Positions 1 to 9,817 of a DNA stretch of 64,000 bases are shown here, piece after piece. Each line of letters starts with the position of its first letter. Position 1 is the stretch's first letter. Where the stretch lies: contig CALSNU010000004.1 of assembly GCA_943787795.1 (NCBI GenBank), positions 1 to 64,000 of the forward strand. Reading direction: 5' to 3'. Below the pieces are notes generated by a model. The model searched no databases, was not told where the DNA came from, and was given only the letters and a program-made list of their open reading frames with translations. The position numbers were made by a program, and so were the translations under genes. Source of the DNA: an uncultured bacterium (GTDB lineage: Bacteria; Planctomycetota; UBA1135; GCA-002686595).

Positions 1-1374
1 GTTGGAGCCCCGAAGGATCAGCGTGCCGGTCGGCTCGATCACCAAAGAAGAGAGCTCGAAGACGCCATCCGTGACCGTCACCGAGTTGGGGTAGACCGGC
101 GCTCCGGGGGTACCGGAGTTGTTGCCCAGCACGTCGATCTGCGCGATCCCCGTCGCCGGGAACGTCTGGCTGTTCGTGTCCAGGACAAGGGATTCGCCCG
201 CGGCGACCCTGATGGACCCGAGACGGCCCGAGCCACCCGTGAGGCCGACCGAGAGGCGGCCACTGCCCCATTCGGCGCCCGTCTGGTCGGGGTTCTCGAG
301 GTCGGTGTTGGTGAATCCCTCGCCATCCGCGTCGGGGAGGACGATCTGGCCGAAGGTTTGAACCTCGGGGATGGCGACAAGCACACCGCCACCGCTCGCG
401 CTGGTGACGGAGTTGTTCGCGATGTCCTTGACGAGCGTCGTCACTCGCACGACGAGCAGACGCTGGTTCTGCCCCGCCGAGGGGATGTCGCCGAAGGGCG
501 TGAAGGTCGCCGCCGTCGTGAGCGTGAACTGGTCCACCTCAAGCTCGAAGGTGCCGGGGATCGGAATCCTGTCGGCGCCAGAGGTGGAGATGTCGCCATC
601 GGTGTCCAACTCGACGAAGATCGTCAGCGACTCCCCGGTCACCACGTTCGCGACGGTCGGCAGGTTCATGAGTTCGTTGAACTCAAAGTAGATCTTCGAG
701 GACGCCGCGACGTTCTCCACCGCGCTCTGAACGCTGCTGCCGATCTGCGTCCGCTCAGTGGTGAAGGCGCCGCCCGGCTCCGTCACGTCCACGTCCACAA
801 ACACATCGACCTCAGGGTTACCCGGAACGATGTCCTCGACGCCTTCCGTGGTCTCGATCGTGCAGAGCATCCGGCTCTGGTTGGCCGAGCCGCTCGTGCT
901 CCTGATGTAGGGGCCTGCGTCGCCCTGCTGCACGCCGGGGATCCGGATCTCGTAGCTGCGGTTGGCCGCGAGAGAGAAGGCCACCGAGCCGCCGACGAAG
1001 GTGATCGCGGGGCGGAAGATGACCCTGCGGGGATCGAGGGGGTCCAGGAAGCGCAGTCCGTCCGGAGCCGTGCCGTTCCCGACGTCGGTGACCTGGAAGG
1101 TCGACGGCGTCAGGGTGGTCGGATCGATCGGAGCCGAGAAGGTCACCGAGACCTCGCCGTTCTCCGTCACGTTCCGAACGATGCAGAAGACCTGATCGCC
1201 GCCCGTGCCGACGGAGCAGTTCAGGGAACAGGTTTGGATCGACAGATCCCCCCCGCTCCCGCTAGATCCTGAGCCGGAACCACATCCGGCGAGGAGCGCG
1301 AGCCCGGCGAGGGCAGCGGGAAGGAAGGAGCGTGCGGAGATGACTCGATCGCCAGAGGAAGCCTGCGTTCGCAT
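1..1374 (-). CDS. Large Ig-like-domain lipoprotein, partial (runs off left edge); paralog of the lipoproteins at 10.8-19.8 kb
   Basis: Not in ORF track (no stop in window). Manual translation from ATG 1374: MRTQASSGDRVISARSFLPAALAGLALLAGCGSGSG (lipobox LAGC), VTFSAPIDPTTL...RRVIFRP, FEFNELMN, GGSGRLGSIRV...LSSLVIEPTGTLILRGSN; frame open to position 1. Confidence 0.85.
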   Translation of the reverse strand, partial: MRTQASSGDRVISARSFLPAALAGLALLAGCGSGSGSSGSGGDLSIQTCSLNCSVGTGGDQVFCIVRNVTENGEVSVTFSAPIDPTTLTPSTFQVTDVGNGTAPDGLRFLDPLDPRRVIFRPAITFVGGSVAFSLAANRSYEIRIPGVQQGDAGPYIRSTSGSANQSRMLCTIETTEGVEDIVPGNPEVDVFVDVDVTEPGGAFTTERTQIGSSVQSAVENVAASSKIYFEFNELMNLPTVANVVTGESLTIFVELDTDGDISTSGADRIPIPGTFELEVDQFTLTTAATFTPFGDIPSAGQNQRLLVVRVTTLVKDIANNSVTSASGGGVLVAIPEVQTFGQIVLPDADGEGFTNTDLENPDQTGAEWGSGRLSVGLTGGSGRLGSIRVAAGESLVLDTNSQTFPATGIAQIDVLGNNSGTPGAPVYPNSVTVTDGVFELSSLVIEPTGTLILRGSN

Positions 1375-1789
1375 GGTGCTTTCTAGGGGGGCCCGGTATT
1401 TCGGGGGGGCGGACCGTCGACGCCGGTCCCCGACGGAGGTCGGGGGGGCGGCGTTGGGCCCGGCGGCTGGGCTCGACGAAGGAACCTTCGACGGGGCCAC
1501 CGGACGGGGACGGAATGCTGAAAGCCGGCCAGAGAAGCCTGGGCCGGTGGGTCAAAAAGGGGGGGGTGCCCACATAGTGCGCGGAGGGGCCTCGGTTTGC
1601 CAGTCCTCTTCCCGCTCCGTCACCGCCCAAGGGCTCCCTTGGTTTGGCATTCTCTTGGCCCGAGATTCGCCTCTCCCGAACTGCATGGACACTCCGCCCC
1701 TCTCCTCGCCCCCCTCAGCCCCGCTGGGCTGCAGCACCGAAGACAACGAGCACGCAGGGACGCTCAGGTCGCGCGAGCGCACACGTGCG

Positions 1790-2806
1790 ATGTCGCACAG
1801 CCTCCCCATCGCATGGACCCCGAGCCGCTGGGTCCTGGGAGCGGCGGCGATCCTCTCCGCCTGCTCTGGAGGAGCCGAGGTCGCTGGAGTCGAGGAGGAC
1901 CCAGGCTCCATCATCGTGACGCCGGAGGGGTTCGTCCCCTCGATCAGCCCCGAGGACCTCATCGAACCGCTGGTCGGGGAGCGGCGGCTCGCCCCAGACG
2001 CCATCGAGGTCGACCCGCTGGCGCTCATGCCGCCCGGCCTGCCGATCACCGAGCAAGACAGGGCCCAGCTGGCCGCGCTCCTCCGCTCGCTTCAGCCCCT
2101 CGACCCGACCCTGACCAGCGACCACCACGACCGCTGGTTCATGGACAACAAGATCCTGGTGGAGAAGCTCAAAGCCAGCGGCAGGCCCGAGCTGGGCTGG
2201 GCAGCCCTGCACGCCTTCACGAACTACCCCCAGCGGCACCACACCATCCGCAAGACCCTGCTCGAGCTTGGCGCTCGGGTCTCCCCACAAGAGGCGGAGC
2301 CCTTGCTGGCCGAGCTGGCGTTCACCTACGGGCACTTCATCGAGGATCGCTCCGAGTCCCTCTTGCTCCTCGCAGAGATTGCCCCGGAGACCTTCTTTGC
2401 GGGCGCGGAAGCCCACATTCGGCGCCAGGGAAAACCGCAGCAGACCGCGCCAAACGATGAGTTCTTCGTCAAGGGCTGGGCGGTGGCCTGCGAGCGCTCG
2501 GGCAGGTCTCCGGTCCCGATGATGTCCCAGGTGGCAACCAACTACGCCATCGAGCCCTACGCCCGCGTGATCGCGGTGAGGTCCCTGGGGGATCACGCGG
2601 ATGACCCGCGGGCCAGCGGAGCGATTCGCACCACCCTGGTCGAGTCCACTGGCGACGGCTATCTGCGGCGGGTCTCAGCCCAGACCGTCCTGGCGAGCTT
2701 CCCGAAGGAGACCGCGTGCGAGCTCCTGCAGGAGATTTCGCGGCGAGAGGCGGACATCAACTTCGCCCGCTTCCTCGACGTCGTGATCCAGTCCAACTGC
2801 CGATGA
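1790..2806 (+). CDS. Hypothetical lipoprotein, alpha-helical/HEAT-like
   Basis: Within ORF 1205..2806; likely start MSHSLPIAW...ILSAC (lipobox); helical repeats; stop overlaps TatD start (ATGA). Confidence 0.65.
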   Translation: MSHSLPIAWTPSRWVLGAAAILSACSGGAEVAGVEEDPGSIIVTPEGFVPSISPEDLIEPLVGERRLAPDAIEVDPLALMPPGLPITEQDRAQLAALLRSLQPLDPTLTSDHHDRWFMDNKILVEKLKASGRPELGWAALHAFTNYPQRHHTIRKTLLELGARVSPQEAEPLLAELAFTYGHFIEDRSESLLLLAEIAPETFFAGAEAHIRRQGKPQQTAPNDEFFVKGWAVACERSGRSPVPMMSQVATNYAIEPYARVIAVRSLGDHADDPRASGAIRTTLVESTGDGYLRRVSAQTVLASFPKETACELLQEISRREADINFARFLDVVIQSNCR

Positions 2807-3594
2807 ACGGAGGGATCACCGACTCGCACTGCCACGTCTGGTGGGATCAGTTCGACGAGGACCGTGACCTCGTGCTCCAGAGAGCCCGCGACGCTGGGGT
2901 CGAGCGAATGGTGGTCGTCGGCACAGACGTTGAGACCTCCCTGGCGTCGCTGGATCTCGCGGCACGCGAGGCGGAGCTCTTCGGCACCGCCGGCATTCAT
3001 CCCCACGACGCAGCGAAGTTCGACGAGGGGACTCGGCGCTCAATCGAGGCGCTCTGCCAACGGCCCGACTGCGTGGCCGTCGGCGAGACGGGCCTGGATT
3101 GGTTCAAGGAGTGGGCGCCGAGAGAGGCCCAGTTCGCCTCCTTCCGCTGGCACCTCGAGCTTGCCCGTACCCTGGACAAGCCGGTCATCATCCATTCCCG
3201 AGAGGCGCACGAGGACACCCTGGAGCTGGTGCGCGGCTGCCCGGGCGTCCGGGGGGTCATGCACTGCTTCGTGATGGGCCCCGAGGAACTCCCCCACTAC
3301 GTGGACGCAGGGCTGCACATCTCCTTCAGCGGCATCGTCACCTTCAAGGGCAGCGCCGCGAACCAGGAGGCGGCGCGACGCTGCCCGGAAGAGCTCCTGT
3401 TGGTGGAGACCGACGCCCCCTTTCTCGCCCCGGCCCCGTACCGGGGTAAGCGGAACGAACCAGCCTTCTGCGCGGAGACGCTCCGCTTCGTGGCGGAGCT
3501 GCGGGGGGTCTCCGTGGACCACCTCGCCCGAGTGACAACCGAGAACGCGTCGCGCCTGTTCGGCCTGCCGCCGCTACAGGCCAGGTCCAAATGA
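2803..3594 (+). CDS. tatD: TatD-family metal-dependent hydrolase/DNase
   Basis: DSHCH, GIHPH, AVGETGLD, IIHSR, VMHCF, ETDAPFLAP, RNEP motifs. Confidence 0.93.
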   Translation: MNGGITDSHCHVWWDQFDEDRDLVLQRARDAGVERMVVVGTDVETSLASLDLAAREAELFGTAGIHPHDAAKFDEGTRRSIEALCQRPDCVAVGETGLDWFKEWAPREAQFASFRWHLELARTLDKPVIIHSREAHEDTLELVRGCPGVRGVMHCFVMGPEELPHYVDAGLHISFSGIVTFKGSAANQEAARRCPEELLLVETDAPFLAPAPYRGKRNEPAFCAETLRFVAELRGVSVDHLARVTTENASRLFGLPPLQARSK

Positions 3595-3630
3595 AGGAGC
3601 GCCCCAGGCAGGACTGCCGGGGGCGCTCCT
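3595..3630. terminator. Hairpin between convergent tatD and pilin
   Basis: aggagcgcccc...ggggcgctcct inverted repeat immediately after tatD stop. Confidence 0.6.
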
Positions 3631-3667
3631 CAGCGAGCCATCAGGCGGCTCGGCGGATCAGACTCGA

Positions 3668-4444
3668 TCAGTTGCCGACCGGGGTCCAGATGTTGCCGTC
3701 CACCGCGGTGAGGCCAAGCTGCGCGAGCGCCGGGTCAGAGCCCATGTCGCTGCCCTCGGTGTAGGCCGCGTCGAAGGCGGGGACGTCGTCGAACGCATCG
3801 TAGATCTGGCCGACACCCGTACCGCCGAGGCGGTTCTGGGTCGACATCACGTCGCCCTGCTCGTTGATGAAGAAGGCGCGGTTGCCCGTCTTCGTCGTCT
3901 GGACCGGCCAGGCGTAGCAGCACCAGATGAGCTCGGAGTTGTCAGGGTCCGGGAGCGCGGCGGGGTTACCGCCCCCGGTCGCCTCGCCAAGACCAGCGAT
4001 CGCCGTGTTGCCGGTTGAGGTGGTCGGACCGGGGAGGTAGATCTTGAAGTAGTAGCCCTGACGCTCGACCGAACCGTTCGCACCGTCGGTGACGACGTTG
4101 CCGAACTGGACCGGGAGGTAGGTCGGGTCCAAGATGTCGCCCGGGTCGGCACCGATCGTGGGGGTACCGCCGCCATAGATGCGGACCGGGTCAGAGCCAG
4201 CGAGCTCGCCGAAGTATCCGTACTCACCACCGCCGTCGGCGTCGGTATCAATCGCCGAGGAGGCTTGGAGCTGCTGCTGCGCGGCGGCGATGGATCGAAG
4301 CGTGGCGATGGCGGCGTTCTCGTTGGCGGAGATACGGGCGCTGATCAGCTTCGGGATGGCGACGGCCGCGATAATGGCGATAATGGCGACCACGATCATC
4401 AGTTCGATGAGCGTGAAGCCAGCTTTGCTTGAGGTGCGTTTCAT
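3668..4444 (-). CDS. Type IV pilin / pseudopilin-like protein (258 aa)
   Basis: Class III signal MKRTSSKAG|FTLIELMIVVAIIAIIAAVAIP (G-1, F+1, E+5); last gene after pilT-pilB-pilC. Confidence 0.92.
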   Translation of the reverse strand: MKRTSSKAGFTLIELMIVVAIIAIIAAVAIPKLISARISANENAAIATLRSIAAAQQQLQASSAIDTDADGGGEYGYFGELAGSDPVRIYGGGTPTIGADPGDILDPTYLPVQFGNVVTDGANGSVERQGYYFKIYLPGPTTSTGNTAIAGLGEATGGGNPAALPDPDNSELIWCCYAWPVQTTKTGNRAFFINEQGDVMSTQNRLGGTGVGQIYDAFDDVPAFDAAYTEGSDMGSDPALAQLGLTAVDGNIWTPVGN

Positions 4445-4675
4445 CTGGTCGAGAAGTGGTAGGTAGGAGGAGGCTGAGCCTCTGGGCCCTGCGGAAGGGT
4501 CCGACTGTTTGGATTTCGGTTGGCAGTTGAGGTCCCCTCCGCGGAGACCTGGCGAGACTCGACAACGTCAAACCGCCGAGCCATGGGGGAAATCGGCGTC
4601 CGCGAGGGTGATCCTTTAGTTGTCTGTCCCGCATTTTTAGTTTTCTTGCGAGGAGGCCCGCGGCAGGCCTGGAAC

Positions 4676-4722
4676 GCGCAGGAGGGGGCCCACCGCACTC
4701 CGCGATGGCCCCCCCCCTGCGC
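4676..4722 (-). terminator. GC-rich hairpin downstream of pilC
   Basis: gcgcaggagggggcc...ggccccccccctgcgc imperfect inverted repeat just past the pilC stop. Confidence 0.45.
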
Positions 4723-4738
4723 GGAAGAACCGGCTCGA

Positions 4739-5995
4739 TCAGGTCTGAAGGGCGGTCACCATGTCGAGAATCGGCATGAAGATCGCGAGGACGACGCCTC
4801 CGACGACCACCCCCATGAAGGCGATGAGGAGCGGCTCGATCAGGCTTGTGAGCCCCTTCACCTGCGCCTTCACCTGACTGTCATAGAACTCCGCGATCTT
4901 CTCGAGCAGCATCTCCAGGGCGCCCGTGCGCTCGCCAATGGCGATCATGCGCGTGACCATGGGCGGGAAGATCTTCTCCTCTGCAAGGGGGTCCGAGAGG
5001 AGGTTGCCCTCACGCACCGCGTCTCGGGACTGGAGCACAGCCCGCTCGAGGACCCAGTTACCCGAGGTCGCGGCGACGATCTCGAGGGTGGACATGATCG
5101 GGACCCCGGACCGCACGAGGGTCGCGAAGGTGCGGCTGAAGCGGGCGAGGCAGACCTTCTGAAAGAGCGGGCCGAAGACCGGGAGGCTGAGCGTGACCCG
5201 GTCCAGGACTCGGACGCCCATCGGGGTCTTCCGGAACATCATGAATGCGATGAACGCGCCGAAAATGCTGCCGTACACCGCGATGGCGTTGTCTCGCAGG
5301 AAGTTGGAGGCGTCGAGGACGGCCTGCGTGATGAGCGGCAGCTCGATGTCCATCGAGTCGAAGACGTTCTTGAAGGTCGGAACCACGCCGATCATCAGGA
5401 AGCCCGTGATACCAAGGACGAGGATCATCGAGATGATCGGGTAGGTCATCGCGGACTTGATCTCGCGGGCAAGTTCCTCCGCGGCCTCCATGTAGTCAGC
5501 GAGGCGGTTGAGGATGACGTCCATCTGACCCGAGACCTCACCAGCCTTGACCATGCTGATGTAGAGCACGGGGAAGCAACGGGGGCACAGCTCCATGGCA
5601 GCGGAGAGATCCGATCCGCTGCGCACGGAGTCGATCAGGGTTGAGCAGACCTGGCCCATCTCCTTGGACTCAGCCTGATGCCCGAGCACCTCGAGGGACT
5701 CGAGGAGTGAGAGACCGGCCCCCACCATCGTGGCGAGCTGGCGGGTGAAGATCACGATCTCCTGCTTCTTGACGCGCAGCTTCTTCCCCGACGGCCCCGC
5801 CTTCGACGAGGACCCGGCGAGGGTGGCCTTGCCTGAGCCGAAGGAGATTCGCCTCGCCCGCTCCTCATCCAACTTGATGATGACGAGGTTCTTCTTGCGG
5901 AGCTCTGAGACGGCCGCTGCCTTGGTCTCAGCCGTGATCGTGCCCTCGACGGTCGAACCGCCGGGGCTCTTCGCGGAGTACTTGAAGTCTGCCAT
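4739..5995 (-). CDS. pilC: T4P/T2SS inner-membrane platform protein PilC/GspF
   Basis: FTRQLATMVGAGL, AGEVSGQMD, AMTYP, IGERTGALE, LIEPLLI; two T2SSF domains. Confidence 0.95.
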   Translation of the reverse strand: MADFKYSAKSPGGSTVEGTITAETKAAAVSELRKKNLVIIKLDEERARRISFGSGKATLAGSSSKAGPSGKKLRVKKQEIVIFTRQLATMVGAGLSLLESLEVLGHQAESKEMGQVCSTLIDSVRSGSDLSAAMELCPRCFPVLYISMVKAGEVSGQMDVILNRLADYMEAAEELAREIKSAMTYPIISMILVLGITGFLMIGVVPTFKNVFDSMDIELPLITQAVLDASNFLRDNAIAVYGSIFGAFIAFMMFRKTPMGVRVLDRVTLSLPVFGPLFQKVCLARFSRTFATLVRSGVPIMSTLEIVAATSGNWVLERAVLQSRDAVREGNLLSDPLAEEKIFPPMVTRMIAIGERTGALEMLLEKIAEFYDSQVKAQVKGLTSLIEPLLIAFMGVVVGGVVLAIFMPILDMVTALQT

Positions 5996-6047
5996 TTGAG
6001 GGAGGGTCTACGAGGCTTTGGAGAGTCGGAGGGCAGGCATCGGTAGA

Positions 6048-7745
6048 TCAGTTCTCCTGCGTGATTCGCAGGATCTCTTGGACAGAAGTGACGCCGCGCA
6101 TCGCGTTCAAGACCCCGACCCGTCGCAGGGTCAGCATCCCATCCGAAATGGCCTGGGCCTTGATGTCGTCCTTGGGGCGCCCTTCGACGATCATGCGCCG
6201 GACACGCTGCGTGATGGGTAGCGTCTCCAGGATCGGGAAGCGCCCCTTGTAGCCGCCTGCGCAGCGCGCACACCCGTCCGCGTTGGGCTCGAAGAGCTGG
6301 AACGGCGCGTCCCAATCCCCCGCCTCGAATCCAATCTTCAGCAGCTCCTCGCGCGGCGGCTCTTCGATGGCGACCTTGCACGAGGTGCAGAGCCGACGAC
6401 CGAGTCGCTGGGCGCAGATCACCAGGATCGAGCTCGACACCATGAAGGGGTCGATCCCCATGTCGATGAGCCTGGTGATGGTGGCTGCCGCGTCGTTCGT
6501 GTGGAGCGTCGTGAGCACAAGGTGCCCTGTCAGCGCGGCCTTGATGGCGATGTCGGCGGTCTCCTTGTCCCGGATCTCACCGACGAGGACGATGTCCGGG
6601 TCCTGACGGAGGATCGAGCGCAGCGCTCCCGCGAAGGTCGTGCCCCTCTTCGGGTTGACCGGCACCTGGTTGATGCCATCCATGCGGTACTCGACCGGAT
6701 CCTCCACCGTGGTGACGTTGACCTCGGGATGGGCCACCGCGGCCACGCAGGAATAGAGGGTGGTCGACTTACCTGAGCCCGTCGGGCCGGTGACGAGCAC
6801 CATCCCATACGGCGCGTGGATCGCGTCCTGGACATCCTGATACGACTGGTCTTCGAACCCCATCTTCGCGAGATCCAAGGAGATGCTCCCGCTGTCGAGG
6901 ATCCGGATCACCGACTTCTCGCCGCCGACGACCGGGAGGACCGAGATCCGGAAGTCCACGGTGCGTCCCTGGTACTTGATCCGGAACTTGCCGTCTTGCG
7001 GCGCGTTACGCTCGGCGATGTCCAGCTGAGCGAGGATCTTCAGTCGACTGGAGAGGGCCGGGAGCAGGGACTTCGGCGGCGTCATGATCTGCCGCAAGCG
7101 TCCGTCGATGCGGTAGCGGACCCGCAGGCTCCGGTCCCCTGGCTCGATGTGGATGTCGCTGGCCTTGTCCCGGAGCGCTCCCAGGATGATCGCGTTGGCG
7201 AGCTTGACGGCCGGCGCGTCCGCGCCGTCGAGGTCCGCCATCTCGATGTCCTCGGCCTCCTCGCCCCGGACCTCGATCTCGTCGCTCTCGCCCACCTTCT
7301 CCATCAACTCATCGACCGACGTTCCGCCGCTGAGCACGCGCTTCAACGCGCTGTTCACCATGGATCGGTGGGAGAAGACCGGCCGGATGTGGCAGTGAGT
7401 GACTCGCTTGAGGTCGTCGAAGAGGAGGACATCGAAGGGGTCAGAGACCGCAATCGTGAGGACATCCCCACTCTTCGCCACCGGGATGAAGCCCCGCTCG
7501 CGGCAGAGTTCGGGGGCGACAGTGTCGACCACCGAGGTGTCGAGCTCGACCCGTCGTAGGTCCACCGGAGGGATCCCGGCGGCTCGCCCCATGACCTCCA
7601 TGAGGGCTTGCTCATTGAGGTCGCCGTCCTGGAGAAGCGTCTCGATGGGCTCCCCTTCTCCGGCAGATGCCCGTGACCACTCACTCTCGGAGATGAGGCC
7701 CTCCCCGATGAGGAGTGCCTTGACCTTGGATGAAACGGTGACCAT
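6048..7745 (-). CDS. pilB: T4P/T2SS assembly ATPase PilB/GspE
   Basis: ASDIHIEP, Walker A GPTGSGKS, TVEDPVE, LRQDPD, TGHLVLTTLH, CTSC...CARC Zn motif. Confidence 0.95.
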   Translation of the reverse strand: MVTVSSKVKALLIGEGLISESEWSRASAGEGEPIETLLQDGDLNEQALMEVMGRAAGIPPVDLRRVELDTSVVDTVAPELCRERGFIPVAKSGDVLTIAVSDPFDVLLFDDLKRVTHCHIRPVFSHRSMVNSALKRVLSGGTSVDELMEKVGESDEIEVRGEEAEDIEMADLDGADAPAVKLANAIILGALRDKASDIHIEPGDRSLRVRYRIDGRLRQIMTPPKSLLPALSSRLKILAQLDIAERNAPQDGKFRIKYQGRTVDFRISVLPVVGGEKSVIRILDSGSISLDLAKMGFEDQSYQDVQDAIHAPYGMVLVTGPTGSGKSTTLYSCVAAVAHPEVNVTTVEDPVEYRMDGINQVPVNPKRGTTFAGALRSILRQDPDIVLVGEIRDKETADIAIKAALTGHLVLTTLHTNDAAATITRLIDMGIDPFMVSSSILVICAQRLGRRLCTSCKVAIEEPPREELLKIGFEAGDWDAPFQLFEPNADGCARCAGGYKGRFPILETLPITQRVRRMIVEGRPKDDIKAQAISDGMLTLRRVGVLNAMRGVTSVQEILRITQEN

Positions 7746-7746
7746 T

Positions 7747-8811
7747 TCAGGCAGCGCTCAACGCGCTATGAAGTTCATTCGGATCCGGCACGAGGCGCTC
7801 GGCCTCGGTCAGGCGGCATGCGCCGGCGCGGACGAGGTCGGCGAGGCTCTGGGTCATCGTCCGCATGCCGTGCTGCGCCCCGGTCTGGATGTGCGAGTAG
7901 ATCTGGTGTGCCTTGTCGTCACGAATGAGGGCCCGGATCGCAGGGGTTGCGATCATGATCTCAGAGGCGAGCACGCGCCCTTCGCCGCGCGCAGTCGGGA
8001 CCAGCGACTGGCTGAAGACGGCCTCAAGCGTGAACGAGAGCATCGTCCGGACCTGCTCCTGCTGGTGAGCTGGGAACACGTCGATGATGCGGTTCATCGT
8101 CTGGACGGCGTCGGAAGTATGGAGGGTGCCGAAGGTCAGGTGGCCTGTCTCGGCGAGCGTCAAGGCGGCCTCGATCGTCTCGTGGTCGCGAAGCTCTCCT
8201 ACCAGCACGACGTCTGGGTCCTGCCGCAGCACGCTCTTAAGCGCCTGCGCGAATCCATGGGTGTCGTCCCCCACTTCGCGCTGCGTCACCATGCACCGCT
8301 TGTGTCGGTGCGTGAATTCGACGGGATCCTCGATGGTGACGATGTGGTCACTCCGACTCTCGTTGATGTGGTCGATCATCGCCGCGAGCGATGTGGACTT
8401 GCCCGAGCCCGTCACCCCCGTGAACAGGACAAGTCCTGACGAGAGGTTGCACAGGCGCTTGCAGAGCTCGAGCGGCATGCCCAGCTGCTCGAACGTGGGC
8501 GTCCCCTCGGGGATCGCGCGCAGGACGCAGGCCACCGCACCCCGCTGATGGAAGGTGTTGACCCTGAATCGGCCGAGCCCCTCGATGCCCACGGAGCAGT
8601 CCAGCTCGAGCTCTCGGTCGAGCCGAGCGATCTGCTCCGAGTTCAGGAGGCTCGTGCTGAGCCTTCGGGTCGTCTCCGCATCCAAGGGAGGGTGCTCGAC
8701 CGCGGCGAGGGCGCCGTTGATGCGGAGTCTGGGCGGGCTACCGACCGAGATATGAAGGTCGGAGCCGCCCTGGCGCATGAGCAGCGCCAGGAGTTCTTCC
8801 ATTGAGATCAT
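7747..8811 (-). CDS. pilT: Type IV pilus retraction ATPase PilT
   Basis: SDLHISVGSPP, GVTGSGKS, LRQDPD, AETGHL, AIRALIRD (AIRNLIRE-like), GMRTM. Confidence 0.93.
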   Translation of the reverse strand: MISMEELLALLMRQGGSDLHISVGSPPRLRINGALAAVEHPPLDAETTRRLSTSLLNSEQIARLDRELELDCSVGIEGLGRFRVNTFHQRGAVACVLRAIPEGTPTFEQLGMPLELCKRLCNLSSGLVLFTGVTGSGKSTSLAAMIDHINESRSDHIVTIEDPVEFTHRHKRCMVTQREVGDDTHGFAQALKSVLRQDPDVVLVGELRDHETIEAALTLAETGHLTFGTLHTSDAVQTMNRIIDVFPAHQQEQVRTMLSFTLEAVFSQSLVPTARGEGRVLASEIMIATPAIRALIRDDKAHQIYSHIQTGAQHGMRTMTQSLADLVRAGACRLTEAERLVPDPNELHSALSAA

Positions 8812-9048
8812 GGCATAACGCCCCCGATGGCAAGGGGCTTCGAGTCTCCCATCGACGCACCGCGCCCGATCGCTTGAATGAAATGGACTGAGCGCGTTCG
8901 GTCTCCGCGCGCCAACCGGGGCGCCGGCCTCCGAGGTCCCCCACCGTCCTGAGTCTCAATCCAAGACAGGACGGCCAGCCAGGAGGAGTCCCCCCGGCTG
9001 GCCGTCCTGGCCTCGACGCCGCGCGCGAGCGCGGCCACATCGCGGACT

Positions 9049-9765
9049 CTACCTGCGGTCCTTGACGACGATCTCGACCCGGCGGTTCTTGCCCTTCTGG
9101 GCCCCCTGGTTCGGCGCCACCGGTGCGTACTGCCCGTACCCCGCCACGACGAAGCGGTCGTCGGGGATCCGAGACTCGGCGACGAGGAACTCGAGCACGG
9201 CCATGGCGCGCTGGATGGACAGGTCCCGGTTGGACTTGAACTTGGACTTCCTGATCGGGTCGCTGTCGGTGTGCCCCTCGATGTGGAACTTCGAATCGTC
9301 AGGGAAGTCCGACTTGAGACGCGAGGCCACCGACGCGAGGGCGCGGCGGCCCTCCTTGGAGACCGTCGCCTTGCCGGAGCCGAAGGTGATCTCGGTGGGA
9401 ACCGAGATCACGGTGTCGCCGGCGCGACGGCTGACGGTGATGCCCTGGTTCTCCAGCTCGGGGAAGGGCACCAGCGCGGCCTCGCCGGGGAACGACGCCG
9501 GCTGAGTGGACGGCATGGCCGTGCGAGCCTTGTCCAGCTGATCGCGCAGGTCCTCCGCCTCGTAGGTCATCAGGGAGACCCGCTCTTGGAGCTCGATCTT
9601 GTCCGAACGGAGCACCGCGATCTCTCGGTCGCGCTCCTCCACCGAGAGGCGCATTTGGGTCTCGGTGACGCAGGAGGTGAAGGTGGGCGCCGCGAGCAGG
9701 GTGAGTGCAAGCGCAATGCGGCGGTGGATCGGCGCGCTGGTCATGGGCTGGTCAGAAGTGTTCAT
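9049..9765 (-). CDS. OmpA/MotB-family lipoprotein with coiled coil
   Basis: Lipobox-like FTSC, coiled coil, FGSGKA, IEGHTD, NRDLSIQRA, GYGQYAPVAPN, NRRVEI. Confidence 0.9.
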   Translation of the reverse strand: MNTSDQPMTSAPIHRRIALALTLLAAPTFTSCVTETQMRLSVEERDREIAVLRSDKIELQERVSLMTYEAEDLRDQLDKARTAMPSTQPASFPGEAALVPFPELENQGITVSRRAGDTVISVPTEITFGSGKATVSKEGRRALASVASRLKSDFPDDSKFHIEGHTDSDPIRKSKFKSNRDLSIQRAMAVLEFLVAESRIPDDRFVVAGYGQYAPVAPNQGAQKGKNRRVEIVVKDRR

Positions 9766-9817
9766 GGGGTCCCCTCAGTCGGATTCGATAACCCTGCTCG
9801 TGCCGCCGGTGGGATCC

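Noticed and set aside
358..1272. Long plus-strand ORFs here and elsewhere (e.g. 14555..16285, 29799..31595, 35756..37069; minus 49715..51451)
   Set aside because: Antisense shadows of real genes in high-GC DNA; no recognisable motifs
1205..1789. N-terminal 195 aa of the 533-aa ORF
   Set aside because: Overlaps the divergent lipoprotein start and looks non-coding; the lipoprotein signal begins at ATG 1790
4569..4584. Possible sigma54 promoter upstream of the pilin (TGGCTCGGCGGTTTGA)
   Set aside because: Lacks the GG-N10-GC spacing and the GC dinucleotide
5820..9390. Identical peptide FGSGKAT in PilC and the OmpA-like protein
   Set aside because: Seven residues only, in unrelated folds; best explained by chance
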